From assembly GCA_041605395.1 (NCBI GenBank), contig JBFIYM010000003.1:1-56111 (forward strand): DNA of 56,111 bases, given 5' to 3'. The stretch's first letter is position 1; every line of letters begins with the position of its first letter. The notes under the pieces were generated by a model that searched no databases, was not told the origin of the DNA, and worked only from the letters and a program-made list of their open reading frames with translations. The position numbers and the translations under genes are program-made. The DNA comes from Myxococcota bacterium (GTDB lineage: Bacteria; Myxococcota_A; UBA9160; UBA6930). Positions 18,883 through 27,869 of the stretch are shown here, one piece after another.

Positions 18883-19022
18883 GGCGGGGATGGCACGGCG
18901 AGCGGCACGGGAGCGGAGTAGGTGCGGCCGCGGCGGGCGAAGCGTCACGACACGGCGGCCCCTCCCGGCAGCCCACAGGCAGCTGCGCGCCCAAGCAGGC
19001 GAGACGTCGGTGTCGATGCGCC

Positions 19023-19065
19023 TGGCAACTTCGTCACCACCCTCGAGTGGTAACCGCCGTTACCA
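19023..19065. promoter_or_regulatory. Tandem palindromic sites, probable bEBP upstream activator sequences
   Basis: TGGCAAC-ttc-GTCACCA (19023-19039) and the perfect TGGTAAC-cgcc-GTTACCA (19048-19065), 140-185 bp upstream of the sigma-54 promoter. Confidence 0.65.
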
Positions 19066-19214
19066 GCAAGACCGCCGCGCCGCCGTCGGCGCAGGGAGGC
19101 TGCGCCTCTTCGGACCGCGGCCGGGCTCGCGCGGCGCGTGGACCATCGCCGCGGCGGCGTGGTCGACGAGCCTGTCGATGCGATGGTCCAGCCGCTCCGC
19201 GAGCGAAGTCGCTC

Positions 19215-19775
19215 CTAGGCCTCGCGATCCTCGATCGTCGCGTACCAGTCGAAGCTGCCGCGCGGCACCCAGCCCGGCATCTTCGGGCCCTTCTGGAGCC
19301 GTTCGACCATCTTCGGCGTGAGCTTCCCCTGCTTCGCCATCAGCTTGAAGATCTGCCCGGCGTTCGTGTGGTCGAAGAAGTCGCGCTGCCAGGCCCACTG
19401 GTAGTTGCCGGCATAGCGGAACCAGGAGCCGCCGGTGCCGCCGATCTCGTAGGGCTGGCCATCCTCGCCCTCGACCGGCGCGATCTGGCGCCAGATGCCG
19501 ATCACCTCGCCCTTCTGGTCGTCGATCAGCGTGCGGACGTAGGGGTAGGTCCACTTCTCGAGGCCTTCCATCTCGGTGCCGAACACCCAGTCGTGGATCT
19601 GCTTGCGGCCGCGCGCGGCGAACTCCCACTTCGCGCCGTTGTTCCAGGTGTAGAGCGCATCCTCGGCGTAGAACTCCGCGAGCGGCTGCCAGTCGCCGGT
19701 GCGACCGGCCTCGTCGTTGGCGGCGACGAAGCGGCGCACCATCTCCTCGAGCTCGGCGCGGGGAAACTTCGACAT
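19215..19775 (-). CDS. SnoaL/NTF2-like protein (resembles the mycobacterial cyp51-cluster protein Rv0762c)
   Basis: GDWQPLAEFYAEDA.YTW, EMEGLEKWTYPY, GGSWFRYAG..QWAWQRDFFD. Lies next to the ferredoxin gene. Confidence 0.8.
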   Translation of the reverse strand: MSKFPRAELEEMVRRFVAANDEAGRTGDWQPLAEFYAEDALYTWNNGAKWEFAARGRKQIHDWVFGTEMEGLEKWTYPYVRTLIDDQKGEVIGIWRQIAPVEGEDGQPYEIGGTGGSWFRYAGNYQWAWQRDFFDHTNAGQIFKLMAKQGKLTPKMVERLQKGPKMPGWVPRGSFDWYATIEDREA

Positions 19776-19799
19776 CGGTCCTCCTCTCAGGGCCTTCGC

Positions 19800-20075
<276 letters not shown>

Positions 20076-20486
20076 TCAGCCCGGCGTGCGCTCGAAGCTC
20101 GGCACGCCCTCGGGCACCGTGTGGAAGGGCTGCTTGTCGCAGGTGTAGATCACCATCTGCGGCGCCCCGAAGTCCTTCGCCGGGTCGTCGAGGGTGCCCA
20201 CCTTGAGCATCACGACGCCGGGCATGGCGGGCGCGCGCGACAGGATCTGCGTGCCGCAGTCGGCGCAGAACTCCCGCGTCACCGGGTTCGGGAGGTCGCC
20301 GCGACGGAAGCCCTTGGCCTTCCCCTTCGTGTAGTGGAACTCGCCCTCGGGCATCCCGATCGTGACGTTCGGCATGCCGCCCGAGACGTATTGGCATTCC
20401 CGGCAGTGGCACTGCCCCTTGAACGCCGGCGTCCCGCCCGCCTCGTAGTGAACCGCCCCGCAGTAGCAGTGGCCCGTCATCGCCAT
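20076..20486 (-). CDS. GFA family (glutathione-dependent formaldehyde-activating-like) Zn protein
   Basis: GHCYCGAV, CHCRECQ, FCADCGT. Confidence 0.9.
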   Translation of the reverse strand: MAMTGHCYCGAVHYEAGGTPAFKGQCHCRECQYVSGGMPNVTIGMPEGEFHYTKGKAKGFRRGDLPNPVTREFCADCGTQILSRAPAMPGVVMLKVGTLDDPAKDFGAPQMVIYTCDKQPFHTVPEGVPSFERTPG

Positions 20487-20593
20487 GTCGTCCCTCCTGG
20501 CTGAGGGGACGAGCGTACCCGAGGTCGGCCCGGGCCGTGCGGCCCGCCTAAACCGGGGGCTCCGGCCGCCCGATCCACTCCGGGGAGGCGCCG

Positions 20594-21904
20594 ATGGGAC
20601 GACGAGGACGGCTGGCGCTCTGGATCGTGCTGGTGCCGGTGGTGGGCCTGCTGGCCTGCGTGGGCCCGCGCAGCATCCAGGGGCCGGTGCGCGGCGGAGC
20701 CGCGCTCTCGGACGGCGCGACGCAGGGCGACGTGGTGGCGCGTCTGCGCTGCTTCCAGTCCGGGATCCACGGGGCGATCGGGGCCAGCGAGGAGCTTCGC
20801 GCCTTCGACTCCGAGGAGGGCTTCCGGTTCCTCTTCGCCTGGCGCGGCTTCTTTCCGACGGGCTGCAACCTCGAGCTGCTCCACCCGCTCTACCAGATGG
20901 CGCACCAGCGACTCGAGCAGCGCTTCAGCGTCGACGTCGGCCAGCTCGAGCTGGCGAGCTGGGAGGAGCTTCTCGCGCAGAAGCCCGACACCCTCAGCGA
21001 GGCCGATCTCCACCGGCACATCTTCTACCTGAGCCACTACTACTTTCCGGCGTTCGACCCCGACGCGCGGACCGCGCTCGCGCGCTACGTCCCCGCGCTC
21101 CACGGCTATCTCGACCGCGGCCTGCGCACGCTCCCGCCCATGGACCGCGATCGCTTCGGGTCCACCCAGGACTCGCTCTCGAAGCTGCGCCGCATCGAGG
21201 AGCTGACCGGCTACGAGCGGCCGCCCGGGCAGCAGGCCCTGTTCGCCGCGGCGGAGAGCGGCGACGCCGACGCCGTGCGCAGCCTGCTCGCCGAGGGGGT
21301 CGATCCCGACGCCTGGAACGCCAGCCACTCCGCCGCGATCCACCTGGCGGCCCGCGGCAAGCACCGCGAGGTGGTGCGCGCACTGCTCGACGGCGGCGCC
21401 GACGTGGACCGGCAGGAGGAAGGGCTCGGCCTGACGCCCCTGCTGCTGGCGTTCCACGCCTACGACCCCGAGACCGCCCGGCTCCTGATCTCGCGCGGCG
21501 CCGACGTCACCCTGGCGGGCGGCGGCTACGCCCCGCTCATCCTGGCGGCGTCGAAGAGCACGCGCGAGATGGTGGAGCTCTTGATCGAGCACGGCGCCGT
21601 CGCGAACGCGCGCGACGAGACCCACCTCGTCCGCGCCCTGCACGGCGCTGCGCGCGGGGGGCGCACCGACGTCGTCGAGGCACTGCTCGCAGCCGGCGTC
21701 CCGGTCGACCTCGGGCTCCCCGGCTTCACGGCCTTCATGCAGGCGACCTGGAAGGGCAAGCTCGAGACCGCCCGGCTGCTGCTCTCCGCCGGAGCCGACC
21801 CCAACGCCGTCTCCATCACGGACATGACGCCCCTCGCCTACGCGCGCTCGGAGAACCGCAGCGAGGTCGTGGCGTGGCTCGAGGAGATCGGCGCGAAGGA
21901 GTGA
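20594..21904 (+). CDS. Exported ankyrin-repeat protein (possible lipoprotein)
   Basis: Signal-like N-terminus ending LLAC. About 7 ankyrin repeats (AIHLAA.GK..VV.ALLDGGADVD, TPLLLA, LLLSAGADPN). Confidence 0.85.
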   Translation: MGRRGRLALWIVLVPVVGLLACVGPRSIQGPVRGGAALSDGATQGDVVARLRCFQSGIHGAIGASEELRAFDSEEGFRFLFAWRGFFPTGCNLELLHPLYQMAHQRLEQRFSVDVGQLELASWEELLAQKPDTLSEADLHRHIFYLSHYYFPAFDPDARTALARYVPALHGYLDRGLRTLPPMDRDRFGSTQDSLSKLRRIEELTGYERPPGQQALFAAAESGDADAVRSLLAEGVDPDAWNASHSAAIHLAARGKHREVVRALLDGGADVDRQEEGLGLTPLLLAFHAYDPETARLLISRGADVTLAGGGYAPLILAASKSTREMVELLIEHGAVANARDETHLVRALHGAARGGRTDVVEALLAAGVPVDLGLPGFTAFMQATWKGKLETARLLLSAGADPNAVSITDMTPLAYARSENRSEVVAWLEEIGAKE

Positions 21905-21923
21905 GGCGACCCCTGGCGGGGCT

Positions 21924-22370
21924 TCACTTCACCGGGTCGAGCACCACCACCGGGATGGTTCGCGTCGTCGCCGACTTCTGGTAGTCGAGGTAGGGCGGGT
22001 AGATCTCCGCCAGCTGCTTCCAGAGCCGCTCGCGCTCCGCGCCCTCGGCCACGCGCGCCCGGGCGCGGAGCTTCTTCGACGCGACCTGGACGTCGCAGAT
22101 CGGCTCGGCCTCGAGGTTGCGGAACCAGAGCGGGTGTTCGGGCATGCCGCCCTTCGACGCGATCACCACGTAGCTGTCGCCCGCCTTGCCGTAGATCAGG
22201 GGCAGCGGGCGCGGCTCTCCCGACTTCCGGCCCTTCGGGGTGAGCAACAGGGTCGGCAGCAGGCCCGGGCCGCCCACGTGCGTCGAGTCCCAGAGGTGCG
22301 CCTTCTCGGGGTCGGTCCGGTAGAGCTCGATGTGCTCTGCGATCCACGGGATCTTGCTGAAGTCGGCCAT
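21924..22370 (-). CDS. Deazaflavin (F420)-dependent nitroreductase family (Ddn-like)
   Basis: LLLTPKGRKSGEPR..PL.Y, IASKGG.PEHPLWFRNL, Y..YQ...RTIPVV.L. Confidence 0.9.
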   Translation of the reverse strand: MADFSKIPWIAEHIELYRTDPEKAHLWDSTHVGGPGLLPTLLLTPKGRKSGEPRPLPLIYGKAGDSYVVIASKGGMPEHPLWFRNLEAEPICDVQVASKKLRARARVAEGAERERLWKQLAEIYPPYLDYQKSATTRTIPVVVLDPVK

Positions 22371-22402
22371 CGGGGCTCCTTCTCAGTCGAACGCGGGCGG
22401 CC

Positions 22403-23872
22403 TCATGCGCTCCGCTTGGGCAGCGCGATCACCTTCGTCTCGAGGTACTCCTCGAAGCCGGCGAGGCCGTTCTCCCGCCCGACGCCACTCTGCTTGTAGC
22501 CGCCGAAGGGCGAGTCGACGTGGAACCAGGCGCCGCCGTTCACGGAGAAGGTCCCGGCGCGGACGCCGCGGGCCACCGCCAGCGCCCGCTCCTCGGAGGC
22601 GCTGGCCACGGCGCCCGAGAGGCCGTAGATCGACTGGTTCGCGATGCGGACCGCGTCGGCATCGTCCTCGAAGGCAATCACGCAGAGCACGGGCCCGAAG
22701 ATCTCCTCCTGCGCGATGGTCGACGCCGGGTCCACGTCCACGAACAGCGTGGGCTCCACGAAGTGGCCGGGGCGCTCGGGCTTCCCACCCCCGACCAGGC
22801 AGCGCGCACCCTCGCGCTTGCCGCGCTCGATGTAGTCGAGCACGCGCTCCTGCTGGCGGCGGCTGATCTGCGGGCCCTGGAGCACCGACGGGTCCGTCGG
22901 ATCGCCGTAGCGCCAGCCCTCGAAGGCGGCCTTCACGATCTCGACGCCCTCGTCGTAACGCGAGCGCGGCAGCAGCAGCCGTGTGGTGATCGCGCAGCCC
23001 TGGCCGCCGTGCACGCACGTCATGGCGGCGGTCGGCAGGACGCGGGCGAAGTCCGCGTCGTCGAGGACGATGTTGGCGGACTTGCCGCCGAGCTCGAGGA
23101 ACACCTTCTTGACCGTGGCCGAGGCGCACTCCATCACGCGCCGGCCCGTCGCCGTCGAGCCCGTGAAGGTGACGAGGTCGACGCGCGGATCGCTCGACAG
23201 CATCTCGCCGAGCAGGTGGTCGGACGAGGCCACGATGTTGAGCACGCCGGGCGGCAGGTCCGTCTGCTGCGCCAGCTTCCCGAGGTGGGTGGCGCTCCAG
23301 GGCGTGTCGGGCGCGGGCTTCAGCACCACGCTGCAGCCCGCCGCGAGCGCCGGGCCGAGCTTCGCGATGTTCAGGTAGAGGGGCACGTTCCAGGGCGTGA
23401 TCGCGCCGACCACCCCCACCGCCTCACGCCGCAGCAGGCGCCGCTGCGGCTTGCCGAGGAAGGGCACCTCGCTCATCGGCTGCTCGTAGGGGTAGCTGCC
23501 CGCCTTCTCGGCCCAGTAGGCCATCATCTCGATCGGCTCGTCCACGTGCATGTAGCCCGTGAGCGAGACGCAGGCGCCGGCCTCGTGAACCACGATCGAG
23601 CGCAGCTGCTCCTTGTCGGCCTTCATGGCCTCGTAGAGCTGCCGCACGCAGCGCGCGCGGAGCGCCGGGTTCGTGGCCCAGTCGGTCTCGTCGAAGGCGC
23701 GACGGGCGGCGGCGAGCGCCGCCTCCATGTCGTCCTTGGTGCCGTCGCTACAGATGCCGATCGGCTCGTCGCTGGCCGGGTTCCGGTTCTCGAAGGTCGC
23801 GCCGTTGCTGGCCTCGGCGAGACGACCGTCGATCAGGTTCCGCGTTTCGGGAGCGAGGGGTGCGAGCGCCAT
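22403..23872 (-). CDS. Aldehyde dehydrogenase (Rv0768/AldA-like)
   Basis: ITPWNVP, KPAPDTPW, FTGSTATGR, LELGGKSA, HGGQGCAITTR, EEIFGP. Confidence 0.93.
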   Translation of the reverse strand: MALAPLAPETRNLIDGRLAEASNGATFENRNPASDEPIGICSDGTKDDMEAALAAARRAFDETDWATNPALRARCVRQLYEAMKADKEQLRSIVVHEAGACVSLTGYMHVDEPIEMMAYWAEKAGSYPYEQPMSEVPFLGKPQRRLLRREAVGVVGAITPWNVPLYLNIAKLGPALAAGCSVVLKPAPDTPWSATHLGKLAQQTDLPPGVLNIVASSDHLLGEMLSSDPRVDLVTFTGSTATGRRVMECASATVKKVFLELGGKSANIVLDDADFARVLPTAAMTCVHGGQGCAITTRLLLPRSRYDEGVEIVKAAFEGWRYGDPTDPSVLQGPQISRRQQERVLDYIERGKREGARCLVGGGKPERPGHFVEPTLFVDVDPASTIAQEEIFGPVLCVIAFEDDADAVRIANQSIYGLSGAVASASEERALAVARGVRAGTFSVNGGAWFHVDSPFGGYKQSGVGRENGLAGFEEYLETKVIALPKRSA

Positions 23873-23888
23873 GATTTCTCCGTGCGTA

Positions 23889-23994
23889 CGGCGGTTTCTA
23901 CTAGGGCCTCATGATCTGGCCGCCGTCGAGGAACGAGCCGTTCCCGGGGACAGCGGCGGTTCCTCCTAGGGCCGCATGATCTGGCCGCCGTCGA
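23889..23994. repeat. Imperfect direct repeat (about 41 bp, period 65 bp) duplicating the SDR gene 3' end
   Basis: cggcggtttctactagggcctcatgatctggccgccgtcga (23889-23929) versus cggcggttcctcctagggccgcatgatctggccgccgtcga (23954-23994). Confidence 0.85.
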
Positions 23995-24724
23995 CATTGA
24001 TCACCTGCCCGGTGAGCCAGGCGGCGGCGTCCGAGAGCAGGAACAGGCAGGTCGGCACCAGGTCGTCGGGGCTGCCGAGCCGGGGCAGCGCGAGCGAGGC
24101 CACGAGCTGCTTCTTGTAGGCCTCGGGCACGACGTTGCGGAGCGCCTCCGTGTCGGTCGGGCCGGGCGCGATCGCGTTCACGCGGATCTTCCGCGAGCCG
24201 AGCTCCTTGGCCAGGCACCCGGTCAGCCCGTTCATGGCGAGCTTGGCGAGGCCGTAGTAGCCGGCGCTCATCCAGGAGGCGGTCGACGACTGGTTCACGA
24301 TGGCGCCGCCACCGCGCTTCGCCATCTCGGGCGCGCAGGCGCGCGTCGCGAGCAGCGCGCCGTTCATGTTCACGTCCATGAACTTCCGGTAGTAGTCCCA
24401 GTCCACGTCGAGCAGGCCCGCCATCTTCATGTTCCCGAAGATGGCGGCGTTGTTGACCAGGAAGTCGATGCCGCCGAACTCGGCGACCGTGCGCGCCGCC
24501 ATCGCCTGGGTCGACTCGGGCGAGGAGACGTCCACCTCGACGGCGAGCGCCTCGGCGCCCTCCTTGCGGAGCGCCGCGGCCACGGCCTCGCCGCGCGCCT
24601 TGTCGATCTCGGCGATCACGACCTTGGCGCCCTGCGACACGAGCCCGCGCGCATAGCCCTCGCCGATGCCACCGCCCGAGCCGGTGACGATCGCGACCTT
24701 ACCTTCGATGCCGGGAAGCTTCAT
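23966..24724 (-). CDS. Short-chain dehydrogenase/reductase (Rv0769-like)
   Basis: TGSGGGIG, NNAAIFG, NQSST, YGLAK. ATG overlaps the cyp51 stop. Confidence 0.92.
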   Translation of the reverse strand: MKLPGIEGKVAIVTGSGGGIGEGYARGLVSQGAKVVIAEIDKARGEAVAAALRKEGAEALAVEVDVSSPESTQAMAARTVAEFGGIDFLVNNAAIFGNMKMAGLLDVDWDYYRKFMDVNMNGALLATRACAPEMAKRGGGAIVNQSSTASWMSAGYYGLAKLAMNGLTGCLAKELGSRKIRVNAIAPGPTDTEALRNVVPEAYKKQLVASLALPRLGSPDDLVPTCLFLLSDAAAWLTGQVINVDGGQIMRP

Positions 24725-26070
24725 GAGGTCTCCTGATTGCGGCGTTGGTAGCGCACCCGGAAGGGTTGGCGCGGGCGCACCACCATGGCCGAGTAGTTGT
24801 CGACGTAGCTCGTGGGCTCCGCTGCGAGCTCCCAGTCGAAGACGCGCAGGAGCACGCTGAAGATCGCCTTCTGCTGCATCATCGCGAAGTTGGCGCCCAG
24901 GCAGCGGTGGCGGCCGCCGCCGAACGGCACGTAGGCCCAGGGGTGCCGGGCGTCCTCCTCGCGCGGCGGCGCGAAGCGGTCGGGATCGAAGCGCTCGGGC
25001 TCGGGGAAGCAGTCCGGGTCCTTGTTCGAGAGCGCCGTCGACATGGCGACGAGGGTGCCCTTCGGCACCACCTGGTCTTCGTACGGGAAGTCGACGAGGG
25101 CCGTGCGCGGCAGCCAGATCAGGGGCGGATGCAGCCGCAGCGCCTCCTTGACCGCGTTCTCGAGATGCGGGATCTCGCGCAGCGCCTGGTGGGAGACCTC
25201 GCGGCCATCGGCGTAGATCGCGTCGAGCTCCTCGACCACGCGTTTCATCTGGCCGGGCCCGCGCAGCAGCTCGACCAGCGTCCAGGCAGCCGTGCCCGCG
25301 CTGGTGTGGTGACCGGCGAACATGGTCGAGACCAGGATTCCGGTGATCACGCTGTTCGAGTAGCGGCGCTCCTCGCCGTCCTTCAGTCCGAGCAGGATGC
25401 CGAGCAGGTCCTTCGGCGGGTCGGCCATCTGCTCGCGCGCGGCGATGACCCCACCCACCAGCTCGACGAGCCGCTCCCGCGCCCGATCGCGCACGCGGAA
25501 GGCCTCGATGTCGACGTGCGAGTTCAGATAGCCGATGGCGTCGGTCCCGACCTCGAGCTCGAAGTACTTCTGCGAGAACTCGGGCGTGAGGGCGTCGCGA
25601 AAGGCCGGCCCGATCAACGTGGCACTCGAGGTGTAGATGGTGAGCTCGGCGGTGAAGTCGAGCAGGTCGATCTCGCCGGCGTCTCCGAGCGTCTTCGCCA
25701 TGCGCTCGGTCTCGTGGGCGATGACCTCGGCCGAGGCGCGCAGGTTCTTCTCGCGCAGCGCCGGCGTCTTCATCATGCTGCGCCGCTTCTCGGGCGGCAC
25801 GTCGTAGACCACGCCCGGCCCGAAGATCGGCCGCATCAGCTCGTTCGAGGTGGGCTGCGGATCGAACACCTCGTCGGGCTGCCGGAAGAACGCCTCCTGC
25901 GCCTCGGGCCCCGAGAAGAAGGCGACGTCGCGATCGAGCAGGCGGAACATCCCGAGCGCACCGCACTCCCGGCGCACGCGCTGGAAGAGGCCGATCGGGT
26001 CGTGGCGCAGCTCCATCAGGTGACCGAAGCGGTCGCCGCCACCGGAGAGACGGGGGATCTCGCGGGTCAT
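24721..26070 (-). CDS. cyp51: Cytochrome P450, CYP51 (sterol 14-alpha-demethylase) family
   Basis: MRPIFGPGVVYD, I-helix MFAGHHTSAGT (CYP51-typical GHHT), KEALRLHPP, heme motif FGGGRHRCLG. Confidence 0.88.
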   Translation of the reverse strand: MTREIPRLSGGGDRFGHLMELRHDPIGLFQRVRRECGALGMFRLLDRDVAFFSGPEAQEAFFRQPDEVFDPQPTSNELMRPIFGPGVVYDVPPEKRRSMMKTPALREKNLRASAEVIAHETERMAKTLGDAGEIDLLDFTAELTIYTSSATLIGPAFRDALTPEFSQKYFELEVGTDAIGYLNSHVDIEAFRVRDRARERLVELVGGVIAAREQMADPPKDLLGILLGLKDGEERRYSNSVITGILVSTMFAGHHTSAGTAAWTLVELLRGPGQMKRVVEELDAIYADGREVSHQALREIPHLENAVKEALRLHPPLIWLPRTALVDFPYEDQVVPKGTLVAMSTALSNKDPDCFPEPERFDPDRFAPPREEDARHPWAYVPFGGGRHRCLGANFAMMQQKAIFSVLLRVFDWELAAEPTSYVDNYSAMVVRPRQPFRVRYQRRNQETS

Positions 26071-26103
26071 GAGGGGCCTCCGACCCGGGTCAGGCTACTC
26101 CGT

Positions 26104-26125
26104 TTACATTACGGGCGCAATGGAA
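26104..26125. promoter_or_regulatory. Operator copy 2 (upstream of cyp51)
   Basis: TTACATT-acgggcgc-AATGGAA, 34 bp upstream of the start. Confidence 0.7.
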
Positions 26126-26157
26126 ACCCAACGCGACCCCGGGCCCCGCGACCCGCG

Positions 26158-27867
26158 TCAGCGCGCGACGATCGGGATGTAGCTGGGCTCCCAGACGGCC
26201 GCGCGCACCGACGGCTCGACCTCGGGGTCCGGGATCTGCTTGCCCAGCCGGGCATCGCGCGCGTAGCGCACCACGGCGCAGGCGATGCGGAAGCTGACGT
26301 CGCGCAGCTCGTCCTGGCTCGGGAAGATGGCGCCGAGCGCAAGGCGATCCTCATGCACGCATTCGGCCAGCGTCCGGGCGGCCACGGCGAACATCCCGTC
26401 GGTGATCTCGGAGGCCCCGGATACGATCGCGGCGAGACCGACGCCCGGAAAGATGAAGACGTTGTTCGCCTGCCCGATCACGTGGCGTCGTCCCTCGCGC
26501 ACGACCTCCTCGAAAGGACTCCCGGTGGCGACGATGGCGCGCCCGCCGCTCCACTCGAGTGCGTCCTTCGGCGTACACTCGGAGTGCGAGGTCGGATTCG
26601 AGAGCGGCATCACGATGGGCTGCTCCACGTGCCGCGCCATCTCCTCGATCATCTCCTGGGTGAAGGCGCCGGCCCGGGTGGTCGCGCCCACCAACACCGT
26701 CGGCTTCATCGCGCGGATCACGTCCCGAGGCGTCGGATCGGCGCTCGAGTCGAGGCCGTAGAAGGCGAGGCTCGCCTCGTCGAGCGCGAGCTCCCGCTTG
26801 TACGGCTCTTCGATCGCGCGGCCCGCGTGCAGCAGCCCACGCGAGTCGAATGCTGCGAGGGCACGACCGATCGTCGCCGGGTCTGCTCCCTCCTGCCGCA
26901 TCGCCTCGGCGGTCAGGCGGGCGATACCGGTGCACGCTCCCCCGGCTCCGATGAAGAGAACGCGCTGCTCACCCAGCAGCTGGCCCGTGATGCGCAGCGC
27001 CGCAAGGATTCCCCCGAGCGTCACCGCCGCCGTGCCCTGGATGTCGTCGTTGAAGCTCGGGAGGCGGCGGCAATAGCGTTCGAGCAGTGTGAAGGAGTGC
27101 GTCTTGGCGAAGTCCTCCCACTGGATCACCGCGCGCGGGTAGACGTCGCGCACCGCCTGCACGAACTTCTCGACGAAGTCGAAGTAGGCCGGCCCGGTGA
27201 GGCGGTGTGCCCGGTAGCCGTTGTAGAGCGGGTCGGCCAGCAAGTCCGGGTTGTTCGTGCCCACGTCGAGGCTCACCGGCAGACACTTCGAGGGGTGGAT
27301 GCCCGCCCCGGCGACGTAGAGCGCGAGCTTTCCGACGGGGATGCCCATGCCACCGGCGCCGAGGTCGCCCAGCCCGAGGATGCGCTCATTGTCCGTCACG
27401 ACGAGCAGGCGGATGTCGCGGAAGGGCGCGTTCTCGAGCGCTTCGCGAGCATGGTCGATGTTGTCGGGCGTGATCCAGATGCCACGTGCCGAGCGCAGGA
27501 TGTGGCTGAACTGCTGGCACGCCTGGCCGACGGTGGGGGTGTAGACGATCGGCAGGAGCTCGGGAAGGTTCTCCACCAGAACGCGGTAGAAGAGCACCTC
27601 GTTCAGATCCTGGAGGGCCGCCAAGCCGATGTACTTCTCGAGGTCCGTGGCCTTGGCGCGGATGTGCTCCAGCTCGAGCGCCACCTGCTGCTCGATCTCG
27701 AGCACCTGGTGCGGGAGCAGCCCCTCGAGCCCGAGCTGACTGCGCTCCTCGCGCGTGTAGGCCAGGCCCTTGTTCGTGGATGGATTCTTGAGCAGCCAGA
27801 CGCCACGCTTCCGCGTCTCGATGCGGTCCTCGCCGCCGAGCTTCTGGTCGTAGACTTCCCGGTCCAT
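26158..27867 (-). CDS. maeA: NAD(P)-dependent malic enzyme (MaeA/SfcA type)
   Basis: NKGLAYT, PIVYTPTVG, VTDNERILGLGDLG, QWEDF, FNDDIQGT, PLSNPT, QANNVFIFPG. Confidence 0.92.
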   Translation of the reverse strand: MDREVYDQKLGGEDRIETRKRGVWLLKNPSTNKGLAYTREERSQLGLEGLLPHQVLEIEQQVALELEHIRAKATDLEKYIGLAALQDLNEVLFYRVLVENLPELLPIVYTPTVGQACQQFSHILRSARGIWITPDNIDHAREALENAPFRDIRLLVVTDNERILGLGDLGAGGMGIPVGKLALYVAGAGIHPSKCLPVSLDVGTNNPDLLADPLYNGYRAHRLTGPAYFDFVEKFVQAVRDVYPRAVIQWEDFAKTHSFTLLERYCRRLPSFNDDIQGTAAVTLGGILAALRITGQLLGEQRVLFIGAGGACTGIARLTAEAMRQEGADPATIGRALAAFDSRGLLHAGRAIEEPYKRELALDEASLAFYGLDSSADPTPRDVIRAMKPTVLVGATTRAGAFTQEMIEEMARHVEQPIVMPLSNPTSHSECTPKDALEWSGGRAIVATGSPFEEVVREGRRHVIGQANNVFIFPGVGLAAIVSGASEITDGMFAVAARTLAECVHEDRLALGAIFPSQDELRDVSFRIACAVVRYARDARLGKQIPDPEVEPSVRAAVWEPSYIPIVAR

Positions 27868-27869
27868 AC

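Noticed and set aside
18891-18906. Plus-strand TGGCACGG as a second, divergent sigma-54 promoter
   Set aside because: It has no TGC element at the -12 position and no plus-strand gene follows. It only forms an inverted repeat with the real promoter.
23901-24218. 105-aa ORF ending DGGQIMRP like the SDR, suggesting a programmed frameshift
   Set aside because: It is explained by the short direct repeat. No slippery site is evident and the SDR frame is complete with its own stop.
24721-26070. De novo sterol biosynthesis cluster
   Set aside because: No squalene epoxidase, oxidosqualene cyclase or sterol reductase is in the window. The neighbours match the mycobacterial cluster instead.
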